Made by a program: the position numbers and the translations under genes
Notes under the pieces: generated by a model
What the model was told of the DNA's origin: nothing
Database searches by the model: none
What the model saw: the letters and a program-made list of their open reading frames with translations, nothing else
In this document: in pieces, positions 52,933 through 64,000 of the stretch
How positions within the stretch are numbered: position 1 is the first letter of the stretch
Layout: every line of letters starts with the position of its first letter
Source of the DNA: Octopus sinensis
Lineage: Eukaryota
Direction of reading: 5' to 3'
Length of the DNA stretch: 64,000 nucleotides
NCBI RefSeq assembly: GCF_006345805.1
Contig: NC_043003.1
Span: forward strand, 41,354,001 to 41,418,000

Positions 52933-53665
52933 TGCATGCATGGACTTCATAGGAATGAACTGAAGTCACGCTCTCCTAGTAAAACTCCGCTGTTGACTAA
53001 AAGGCATAGAGATGCCCGTTTAAACTTTGTTTATGAACATAAAGATAAATCTGATACATTCTGGGAAAATGTTCTATGGACAGACGAGTCGAAAATTGAA
53101 TTGTTTGGACGTAATTCGCGTAGCCATATTTGGAGGAAATATGGTACTGCCTATTCGCCGAAAAACACAGTTCCTACCATAAAGTTTGGTTGTGGCAACA
53201 TCATGGTGTGGGGGTGTTTCTCTGCAAATGGTACTGGCAATTTACATGTGATAGATGGTAGAATGAATTTGTAAATTAAAATTCATTCAAGAGCCCCAAT
53301 GTACATTACAGATTTGAAGAAAATTTGTCAAGAAGAATGGGAAAAAAATCCTAAAGAATCATGCGAGTCATTGATTAAGAACTACAAGAAGGGATTGGTT
53401 GAAGTGGAACTGAATACTGGTTATGCTACGAAGTATTAAATCAGAATTATCAGTTATTTATGTTCTGTACGAATACTTTTTTCACCCCTAAATATTCATA
53501 ATTGAATATAAATTCCTTAGTTACTATAATTTATTAGTTTCTTTTGCAAATTCTTAGTTTATGTATGTGTATGCAAATATAGTATTCGTATATCCCATTT
53601 ATTTTCATTAGAAATTAAATAAATAAAGAATGTTGACAAGTACGAATATTTATTTCCCCCCACTG
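52933..53665 (+). mobile_element. Tc1-family transposon relic (internally deleted transposase + right IR/DR-type terminus)
   Basis: [47 protein letters not shown], then a jump to the C-terminal DLKKICQEEW...ATKY*. Ends ccccccactg|ta. Confidence 0.9.
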
Positions 53666-54292
53666 TATATATATATGTATGTATGTATGTATGTATACAG
53701 AATATCGGTGTTTAGCTCACTAGTCATCTAAACGAACAGGTACGCTGGGTAAGTACTGTAACGGGTTATCAGGGCTCCAAGCTCGTAATTGAGACGGGAG
53801 TTATAAAACAATTTTAGATTTCCGATATATCAGATGTATATTTGTGAGAGAAAGTACAAAAAACGCGAAGGCATAACACGCATCTCAAATCATACACATT
53901 ATTATTCTTAAATTAGTCGAGGTCTTACATCTGTGTCTGGGATATCCCAAGTGATGGGCGTGTATGATTGAATATGGGGTATTCCATTATCACAGACAAA
54001 TAGATTAAATGTGAAAGATCTAGACAAGTAAATAATCATATGCGGAAAATTCACAAATAAAAAGCAATGAAATAGAAGAATAGAAAGGGAAGAAATGAGG
54101 AAATAAACGTCATGGTTCATTTTTCCGAGGGTATGCGTGCTAGTCCGTATGTCCTTTGTTAAATTCTAGGTAAATCCAGGTAATATTATAACAAAGTATG
54201 TTTAGTGTTTCCACAGTATCCAGACAATGTTTTGGCAGAAATGGGAATGGTGTTCATATTGAGGTGGCTGGTTTGTGAGAGAATGACACAAG

Positions 54293-54339
<47 letters not shown>

Positions 54340-54382
54340 ATGTGGTTGTGTGTGTGTGTGTGTATGTGTATATATATATATA

Positions 54383-54595
54383 CACCTGGTCTGATAATTA
54401 AGTATCCATAGTAACGAATTCAGAGTACGCACAGTAAAGCCGCTTGGCACAGATTGACCTTGAACTCTGCAGAGCATGCGCTCAATGTTTTAACGTTCTA
54501 TTTCAGTTCCACTGCTTACAGCAGTGCCTGGAAGGAAGGTATGCTTTAGCTTCATTACTATGGCAACAGTCTGGATACTTATTGATCAGACCTCG
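54383..54595. mobile_element. mariner-type MITE
   Basis: Right TIR (rc) ta|cgaggtctgatcaataagtatccagactgttgccatagt; left, degenerate ta|cacctggtctgataattaagtatccatagt. TA-flanked. Confidence 0.7.
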
Positions 54596-54667
54596 TATAA
54601 CTTTGATAACTTTGATAGGTTTCGCCAGTATAGGCGCAGGCCACGCGTAACTTAATAGCACCAGCTG

Positions 54668-54740
<73 letters not shown>

Positions 54741-55079
54741 CCAGACACACACTCATATATGCATAGACATATAAAACAGTAAAATATGTAAGCAGTTTAA
54801 AATAACAATGATAATGAAGGACAGAAAAATTGATTATAATATTAGTGATGTAATAATACTAAATATGGTTGATGGTCATTGCTATTATGAATGTATAGAT
54901 TGTGTTGGTGATGGAGCCAGGGATTTATTTATGTTGATTTTGGTTAAACTTTTAGCGTAAATTTTGACGCGTTAGTCAAAATAGAAGCGTTGTTCAGAAA
55001 TTTTTAAGTATCTGTGGGTCATGACAATGAGAATAATTTTAAGATTAGCACCAAATATTAATAACTTTTACTTGATATC

Positions 55080-55337
55080 ACCCTTCTTCTTCTTCTTCTT
55101 CTTCTTCTTCTTCTCTTCTTCTTCTTCTTCTTCTTCTTCTTCTCCTCCTCCTCCACCTCTTCCTCATCTACTCCCCTCCTCCTCCATTCCTTTCCCTCCA
55201 CCACCTCCTCCCTCTTTTCCTCTTCCTTCCCCTTCTTCTTATTCTTATTCTTCTAATTATTATTATTATTATTTTTACTATTGTTATTGTTATTATCATT
55301 ATTATTATTATTATTTTCATTATTATTATTATTATTA

Positions 55338-55374
<37 letters not shown>

Positions 55375-55424
55375 CATTATTATTATTATTATCATTATTA
55401 TTATCATTATTATTATTATTATTA

Positions 55425-55460
<36 letters not shown>
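55080..55460. repeat. (TTC)n, C/T-rich and (TAT/CAT)n compound microsatellite
   Basis: Direct reading. Confidence 0.92.
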
Positions 55461-56387
55461 GGCATGGTCGGCGATGCAAAGGAGGAAAAAACATATACAA
55501 AACGAAAAAAGAAACGCAGGAAATAATCGAAAACATTATATGTCTGTTGGTCTCTTGTGGTTCATTACGTTTACGAGACAAACATACGAAATTCCAACAA
55601 AAACAAACATATCGCACAAACATACGAACTTATACATATATGTACGTACAGATTTTTATCTATGCCTAAATATATATATACACGCACGTACGACATATAC
55701 ACATACTCCCTCCATATATATGTGTATATATATATATCTCACATAAGCACATATATTTTATGATATTCGTATATATATATACATGTATATGCTTATATAT
55801 ATATGTTTATATATATATGTGTTTATATATATACATATACACAAATATACACACTTGACAATCTCATATATATATTTATAAAGTGGTTTCCAGGGTGCAA
55901 ATGGAAATAAGTGAAGCGATCATTGATTACAGGCAACAATCATTCAATTTGAATATATTATTTAGTAATTGGCAGCTAACAGCTAGAAATCTGTTGTCAT
56001 CTTCCCTGCCCAAGTGGTATTGGATATATTAGTCGTTTGGTCAGAACATTTATTGGTTTGTTGGTGTATTGGTGTGTTTTGTATGAATCTTCTATCGATA
56101 GCTCAGTCAAAGAAAAGCGTTTCCAATTAGTATTTTCAAGTGTGTTCTTTATCATTAGATCTGGTTGTTTTTTTTTATATCATTTTCGTTTTAGATAGAT
56201 CGTTATCTCACTCACCTTTCTGTTACATTACTCTTGCCAATTATATATGTATATGTGTAAATATGTGTATGTGTATGTATTAACATATACATTTATATAT
56301 ATATATATATAAATAACTATGAAATTGTACTCCTGTATATATGTGTGTGAGTATGTGCGTGTGTGTATGTATAACTATCGTTGTACT

Positions 56388-56418
<31 letters not shown>

Positions 56419-56499
56419 GTGTGTATACATATCTAAAAGTTCATATATGTGTGTACATGCATATATATATACCCACGTTCGTATATGCGCATATAAAGA

Positions 56500-56538
<39 letters not shown>

Positions 56539-57789
56539 TACATATATGAATATAGATACATAAAAATTCATACACACATATGTATGTATGTATATATACC
56601 GATTCGTATATGCGGATATAAAGAATATACATATACAAAAACGTCTCTCTGTTCTGTTTATTTGCTTTCATATATCTAACCTATTCCTTATCAGATCAGC
56701 ACTAGTTCGCCATTGATATATAGGTACTTTGAAACAATCATCAATATGAAAAGATAGACGAAATAATAAGAAAATATATAACAAATATAAAAAGCAACTA
56801 TAAAAGACGTTTTTGATTCCTTTTAAAGGCACTGTGCCAAATATTGTTTGTGAGTTGGATATATTGAATAAAAGTTAAACTAGTATTATAGCGGTGTTTA
56901 TTCTGTCGACCGTGTTAAAGGTGAAAAACAACAACACTTTCCTGAGATCTTTTACTGTATATGTGAAGGTTTTTGAAGATGTCATATACACTTTTATTCT
57001 TTTGTTCCGTGAATGACTATTCCCGTTGTTATTTAGCCTCGGGTTGTTATTTAGCCTTTGATCAAGCCAACCAACGAACCTAAAATATCCCAGCTGCAAA
57101 TGTTATAACATTTTATTCTATCATTCTGTGTATCTATGACAATATCATGGCTTTTGAAAGTGCCATTCATATAAAGTGAAATAAACAGAAATTGATATAA
57201 ATATGATTGCTATTTTAAAGAGAGCAAAGGACCAAATTGATGTCCGCATCTTAGACCGCGATGCACTTTAGTACAGTGACAGCTGCAATCAACTGATTGC
57301 TAATGTATGATTTAGCGACATTAAATATTGATATTTAATTATTGCTTTCTTCTAGTAAAAGTTACATACTCCAAACTAACTTAATAAGTATATATATTAA
57401 AATATAGATTACAAATCTCACCGATGTCGACTCTGCCTGTTATACTTATAAGTTCGATAAAATATAGTACAAATCAATTACCGGCGTCAAAATAACTCTT
57501 TTGAAATTTGTGTTTTGAATAGAGTCACCTTCATTAGTATTCATTCCCCAGAGATTGATAAATTATATAAGTATCATAAGGTATTTAACTACAAATATAA
57601 AATCAGAATCGGCAAAGAAAACAAATAGTACGAATTATGCTTTGCACTGGACGTTCATAACGGACATATCTGTGATGTTAGGATAGATGCATATATATAT
57701 ATATATATATACATACATAACACATACATATATCTACACATATACATACATGTATATATATATATATATACACGTATATATATCATAGA

Positions 57790-59650
57790 AAGAGGCTTCA
57801 AAGAAAAAAGACTACACGTGGTACAAATAGGGGAAAAGTGAAAAGAAACAAAGTAATTGCACGCTAGGTATAAGAATAATGGATGCAAATGAATGCAAAT
57901 ATACATGCAAATGAATGCAAATATACATGCAAAAAATGGATGCAAATATACATGCAAATGAATGATTTTCGGTGGAATTAAGAAGTATAAAAATCATTAT
58001 CACGAGTCATTATAGAAAGTCATACCAGTTTCGTCATCGCTGTTCACTAACTTTGAATCAACACCGATTTCCTAACGGTGCTGGTTCTAATGGTAGCTGA
58101 ATGAAAATATTATATGCAAGGGGGATAAGCAGTTCTGAAAATGATGCAATTAGGTTAATATGGTTAATAGAGTAAATGGTGTATGGGATTATGAGGATTA
58201 ATGAGATTATTGGTATTAGTATGATTAGTAGTATCTTGTATTAAGTTGTGTGTTCATGTTAAGTTGTAGTTGATATTTATTAATGAAAGTTGCCTCTTTA
58301 TTTAGTCTTTGCTGCTCTGAGGTATTCTGGGAAGATTGATGAAAAGGGAAAATTAGGAAGTTTGGTTTAAGGTTCCTAGCATACCTATCTATGTACTCAC
58401 TGACCTGTATCTGTCTATATTGTGGGATGCGGATTTGAGAGACATTCGTGTTTGGCCTATATAGTGTTTTTTGCAATCAAAGCAGGTTATAACATAGAGT
58501 AGGTTTTCAGAGGTACAAGTGAAATTTAACTTTATCTTAAACATATCACCTTGTTTGAAGTGAAATTCTGTACCCTCCAAAAGTGGGCGCATGTGCAACA
58601 TTTAGGCCGCCTAATTTTTTTCATTTTTGGTTCCGTTGTTAGGGGATATAATCTTGCGCCGGTTAATATCTTTTCAACGATTTCGGTTGAATTTTGCTTT
58701 TATGAGCACAACATTTCGTTTAATCTTTTATCTCCAGTGACATTGGGTAGATTTTGGTTGATGATGTTGAATGCCTCGTTGTTTCTTGGGTTATGTTTGG
58801 AAATTTATGGGAGTACTTTTAAATTTGGTGTAGTATGTCGGTTAACTTTTCATAATGTTTGTTTGCCTAATGTCTCCTGATTAGTATTTATTTAAGTTCA
58901 CGGAGTCTTAGTTCACAGGTATAGGTATCCGAAACTGAGGTAGAAATACTTTTCGCCAGATTATAAGGTATATTAATGTTTATGTGTTTGGGGTGGCATG
59001 AGTTGAATAATAGGTATTGGTTTTGAATCTGTGGGTTTGTAAAAGATGTCCGTTTCGATGTGGTTATTGACTATTTTAATTAGAATGTCAAGAAGAGGAA
59101 GTTGTGTATTGCTGTGTTCCATGGTGAATTGTAGGTTGCTATTGATATTGCTGAGCATTATTTTGAAATCGATGCGTTTGTTCATGCTATCATTCCAAAG
59201 TATAAAGCAATCATCTAAGTACCTTTTCCAGTTCTCATTTAAATAGTAATGAAATGAGGTACCATATTTTTGTTGTGATTATTGGTATATTTAAGTTCTA
59301 GATAACCCATTACAAGGTTCACGATCACTGGGGCAGCTCGCGTTCCCATTGCAATTCCACATTTTACCGATAGTAAAATATATCGAACATGAAGTAGTTG
59401 TTCTGGAGAAAAGATTCAGTGCTGTGATTATGAAGTTTTGGATGAAGCATCCTAGGATCTCTTCTGGGTATTTTTCTACCATGCATGTGATTGCTTTTAT
59501 ACAATAATCGTGTGAAATATTGGGTGTACGATTTTTATATTTCTTAATTCCACCTCAAATCATTTATTTGTACGTATATATATTTGCCTTTATCAAAAAC
59601 ACCATTACTTTTATACCCGGTGTGCATTTTCTTTGTTTCTTTTTACTTTT

Positions 59651-59655
<5 letters not shown>
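57790..59655 (-). mobile_element. Penelope-like retroelement (RT + C-terminal GIY-YIG), decayed, with inverted pseudo-LTR ends, TA-flanked
   Basis: LQNNYFMFD..YY, WKRYLDDCF, LQFTMEHSNTQLPLLDILI, TDIFYKPTDSK; GIY-YIG FTCTSENLLYVITCFDCKKHYIGQT. 57833-57994 is inverted relative to 59531-59652. Confidence 0.9.
58016..58054 (-). ncRNA. Decayed hammerhead motif in the Penelope 3' pseudo-LTR
   Basis: rc: AAAGTTA-GTGAACA-GCGATGAC-GAA ACTGGT-A-TGACTTT. 7-bp stem I and GUA site retained; the core differs from CUGAAGA at two positions. Confidence 0.6.
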
Positions 59656-59720
<65 letters not shown>

Positions 59721-59799
59721 GTAAATACGTATATATGTACATAAATATATGTATATACGTATATATGTACATAAATATATGTGTGTGTGTGTATATGAT

Positions 59800-60122
59800 G
59801 AGACCTCCTTCGGTCATGACTGACCGTGGGATTGCACCTAGAATGTTACCCTCCGAGGCACAAGTCCGGGTAAGAATGTTTATGGAAGACCAGTAGTTTC
59901 CCCTGCCTCTCCTCTCCATGCTACCAGTGTTATCCAAGGGAAAGGCAACGGCCGATACAGCTTGACACCTGTGACTTCGCTACTAATTTCTACAGCTGAG
60001 TGAATTGGAGCAGCGTGAAATAAAGTGTCTTGCTCAAGAACACAACACGCAGCCCGGGATTCGAAATCACAACCTCACGATCGGAAGCTCGACGCTCTAA
60101 CCACTGAGCCATGCGCCTTCAC
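59800..60122 (-). mobile_element. SINE family D (tRNA/CORE-type)
   Basis: Homologous to 41373-41714 along its length. Confidence 0.9.
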
Positions 60123-60133
60123 TTGTAGAGTAA

Positions 60134-60406
60134 TATACTTTAATATTAAAGCATGAAAAATATCACAAAATTACCACAAAAAACTACTATTTAGAGTTTC
60201 ACGTTCCTGTTCGTCGGGCAGTTGTGATCCAGAAAGGAACAAGAAATAGATTTTACATGGTTTTCCATATAATATATTATGATGTGTTTCAATGTGAATT
60301 GCATCCGTAAAACTAATTTCTTGATCACGATTCTCCGGGAAAGTGAAAGTTTGAGTAGCAGTTTTTGTGATAGTTTTGTGATTTCTTTGCAATTTTAATA
60401 TTAAAG

Positions 60407-60410
<4 letters not shown>
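60134..60410. repeat. Fold-back element with diverged arms, each containing a hammerhead relic
   Basis: 60134-60228 vs the reverse complement of 60323-60410 (tatactttaatattaaa...tcacaaaa.ta.cacaaaaa..ctact). Confidence 0.75.
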
Positions 60411-60438
<28 letters not shown>

Positions 60439-60453
60439 TGTATATACGTTTAT

Positions 60454-60487
<34 letters not shown>

Positions 60488-60517
60488 TATTTACCTCTAT
60501 TTAACCATCTCACATCA

Positions 60518-60563
60518 TCTCTGATGAAGGGATATCCATACTAACCCAGAAACAGCTGTAAGG
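60518..60563 (+). ncRNA. Hammerhead-like motif, intact core, weak stem I
   Basis: TCT-CTGATGA-A GGG..CCC A-GAA ACAG CTGT-A-AGG: palindromic stem III and GUA site; stem I only 3 bp. Confidence 0.55.
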
Positions 60564-60626
60564 CTAACTTTCTCTTTATAAACGTCCTGAAAATTCCACA
60601 TAGCCTTGGAGTTGTTGTCTCATATA

Positions 60627-61007
60627 TGCACAGTGGTGACTGTGTGGTAATTAGCTTGCTTACCAACCACATGGTTCCGAGTTCGGTTCCACTGCGTTGC
60701 ACTTTGTGCAAGTTTCTTCTACTATAGCCTCGGCCCGACTAAATCTTTGTGATTGAATTTGGTAGACGGAAACTGAAAGAAGCCCGTCGCATATATGTGT
60801 ATATATATGTGTGTACATGTGTGTGTGTGTGTGTGTATGTTTGCGCGCCCAACATCGCTTGACAACCGATGCTAGTGTGTTTACGTCCCCGTATCTTTGA
60901 TGTCGGCAAAATATGCCGATAGAATCAGTACTAGGCTTACAAAGAATAAGACCTGAGGTCCATTTACTCGACCAAAGGTGATGCTCCAGCACTGCTGCCG
61001 CAGTCAA
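60627..61007 (+). mobile_element. SINE family B
   Basis: gactgtgtggtaattagcttgc...ggttccgagttcggttcc...gaaagaagcccgtcg...aaaggtgatgctccagca. Confidence 0.85.
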
Positions 61008-61149
61008 TTTTTGACGTCATGGGACATATTTTGCTGGTGATAGTGAAGGGGGCTGATGGTGGTGAAATGGAATGGCGTTACGGAGAAAGTGATACTTCTA
61101 TATGAAATGAATATGCGTAGTTTCCGATTAGGTTTAAGTACATGTACCT

Positions 61150-61460
61150 GGCACTCAGTCGGTGACGACAACGAGGGTTCCAGTTGACCCGAACAACGGA
61201 AGAGCGTGCTACTTAAAAAAAAAAAAACATGGGAATGGCTGAGCACCACACAAACACGCGTTCCCTTAACTTAGTTCTCATCATGGAACAGGATGTGAAA
61301 ATGTTGGCCTTTTGAAATACAGATACTATTCGATCTTCCAACCGAGTAGACTGGAGCTCTGTGAAATAAAGTGTCTTGCTCATGGAAACACCCCCCCCCC
61401 CGGGTCACGAACACACGAGCTTACGATTTTGAGTGAAATACACAAACAACTAAGCCGCAC
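61150..61460 (-). mobile_element. CORE-type SINE with alternative 3' tail, diverged
   Basis: gtgaaataaagtgtcttgctca core shared with family D; tail shared with 39789-39977. Confidence 0.7.
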
Positions 61461-62589
61461 GTCTTTACTGTGTATATTTAAGTACAAAGAAAATTTTATA
61501 TTATTGTAACAATAAATTGTAGCAAAAGATAATTTTAATTTAATAAATCTAATCTTCACAGTATTGTATTCATTTGTTTTCATATATCTAACCTATTCCT
61601 TATCAGATCTTCACCAATGTGCTATTGATATATAGGTCATACATATTTGTATAAAGGAAATTATATATTATTGTGACTGTTAATTGTATAAACTGTAAAT
61701 ATTAATTTAGTAAATTAAATAAGAGTGAGAGAGTGTTCTGGTGCAACAACATGAGAAGAAATAATGTTGCATTCAGACGAAGAAAGTACATACATAGCTG
61801 CATAAATGCATATATACTTAAGTATGTATGCCTCAAAGATAATCAAAGACTAACCTCAAACCATAGGTTCAAATGGCTGGTTTCCCCAGATTCTGTGGTG
61901 TGTATATTTCTTGCACCAATGGACTGGACGCGGTCGATCGTGAGGCTACGCATTTCTTTTAGCTGTGCAGACTGGTGCAGGGTGAAATGAAGTGTTTCGG
62001 TCAAGAACGCAACACATAAGGCGGCGCAGAAAACGAAACCACAATCCTACGTTGCTGAGTGCAATACCTAACTACAAAGCTGCACACCACTACCCTGATT
62101 CACATGCAAACACATACAGAAACAGGTACACACAGTCACAACCACACACACACATACACGCACACATACACACACACATACACGCACACATACACACACA
62201 CATAGTCCGTCTTTTTGTCTCTCCATCTTTTCGGTCCCATTTTTGGTCGAAGAACATAGGCTCGAAACTTCATAAACTTTTCCATAAAAACGCCCACCGA
62301 ATTTCTGCTTCTCTAAAACAATATTCTTTTTTTTCCAACAGAAAAAACAAAACGAGGTATTGAACCTCTCACGACAGTTTTAAAAATTATTGGACATTAC
62401 AAATGATAACATGCAATAACATAGAATAAAATATTGAATATACAATCAACACTAGTCCATTTACAAATGAGGCACTGAGCCTCTTACGCTTTATAACACT
62501 GAGGCTTTTCAACCTCTTGTCAATTTTCCACCTCATCATCACTTGTGTCAGTGTACTCCACCATCACCCATGCTTGTTTTAAAATCAAG

Positions 62590-63790
62590 GCGAGCTCCGA
62601 GTTGGCGTCACCCGGCCACGAGCGATATTCCACTTTTAGTCCCTCCAGCCTATGTAACACGCGCAACGTTATGACCTCCACAGCTATCTGCGGAGGCCAT
62701 TGGGATCCCGTGTGAAGGCCATAGCTACTCTCTCGTAGTGTTCTTCCTCCACATTTTCCACATCTCTGCCGCTATAAAAGAAGACCAACAGTTCTTTGTC
62801 CTCCGGGTCCGAGGGTGCCAATTCTACCGTTGGCGACACACTTCCAGCTAATGGTGTCTCCCCCCGCCCCCGACGGTGGCACAACCGACGAAGCTCCGGG
62901 ACACTCCGGGACATTCCGGGGCCATGTCTCCGACTGCCAGCAATGTCCTGTTTCTTTTCCTCTTCTTTTTTCTTCTCGACTGGGGGTGTGTGCGTCTCCT
63001 GCGTGACCATGAGATTCGCCTCCCCTCCTTCATCCGCAGGATCCTTCGGAGAACACCCATTTTTGCTCTTTTGCGGCTCTTGTTTGAGGAGTCTTCCGTC
63101 TCCTCGGCCGCCTTCATTCCCTCCTCTACAGAGGTCATCGTCAACTGCTCCAGGATATTCCTTTGCCCTTGAGGATAGTACTTTTTTATATGGCAGTACT
63201 TTTTTATATGGAACCGATGACACTTGGGGCGGGGGCGTCCCTCAAGATTCACCGGATACCTAGAACCGGCCATTCTCTAAAAGTCTGGAAACACCAGACT
63301 TTCGGCTGACTGGGTCCATAGGGTGAAAATAGCTTTTGACCCCTCCCAGTCAGCCGCAGGCAGAATATTTACGCTGAGAAGCTTGGTGCTACTGCCATGT
63401 GGACGCCGGCGGATAGTATCTCCTATCCACTCGGGCTCATCTCCAGGTGGCATGCCGCAATCCCACGCCCTCCTCAACTTTTTCCCACAATAAGTGGGAA
63501 GAAACAAAATCTCAATTCCCTCCAGGGGCTGGCTCGCAAATTCACAAACCACTTCTGGGAAGTCAAACAGCGACCACACGGTTGCGTATTTTCCCCCCTC
63601 CCCCGAGAGATAAACTTATATCGCTGGCTTAAATTCTGCCAGCTCTGTTTCGGTTGTATCCTTTCTTAAAACGGTAATGGCGTCGAGGTTCTTAGAGTAG
63701 GTCTTCTATACCACCGCCTTACTTTCAAGTTCTTTTAACCAACTTTTGGGTGCTGTAATTTTCCACTCCACCAACTTTCCATTATTTGTC
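62590..63790 (-). pseudogene. Probable LINE ORF1 (gag-like) relic
   Basis: Visibly GC-richer island. The frames 63579-63277, 63273-62848 and 63223-62684 join across stops/frameshifts. EGRPRPKCHRFHIKKYCHIKKYYP resembles a degenerate CCHC knuckle containing an 18-bp duplication. No ORF2 follows. Confidence 0.5.
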
Positions 63791-64000
63791 ATGTTTTTTT
63801 AAAAGAAGTCCAAAAATGCAATTCTTATAATACAAAATAATCAAGGAAAAAGAAGGAAGATAAAAAATACCAAACAAAAAAGGAGAAAAAATAACAGTTC
63901 AATAAAGAGTTCTTTTTTGTTAAATAAAAGATATTATGTACACACACTCATATGTCTCCTCTCACGTGACCGTCGGTCAACTAGCCTTTTGGCTTCCGAC

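Overview
Eukaryotic, very AT-rich DNA saturated with microsatellites and transposable elements. The tRNA-headed SINE families and the extreme (TA)n/(CA)n/(TCTA)n/(TAT)n/(CAT)n load point to a coleoid cephalopod, most likely Octopus (inference). No host gene could be identified, and most ORFs in the supplied track are microsatellite or antisense artefacts. The real coding remnants are all transposon-derived: three CR1/L2-group LINE copies (one nearly complete APE+RT ORF2 at about 29.9-32.9 kb), four R4/Dong-type RLE-LINE fragments attached to (TAA)n tracts, a Penelope element (RT + GIY-YIG, inverted pseudo-LTR), a Tc1 relic, a probable LINE ORF1 relic, Helitron ends, two mariner/Tc1 MITEs and more than 25 SINE copies. 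The most notable signal is a set of minimal type-I hammerhead ribozyme motifs. Two intact copies lie in a 477-bp-period direct repeat at 42.5-43.5 kb, a retrozyme or Penelope pseudo-LTR-like unit that could release a 477-nt RNA. Variant or decayed copies occur at about 38.3, 58.0, 60.2, 60.5 and 62.2 kb, and possibly 5.6 kb, mostly in (TA)n-associated inserts or fold-back elements. All coordinates were read by eye and repeat boundaries are approximate.
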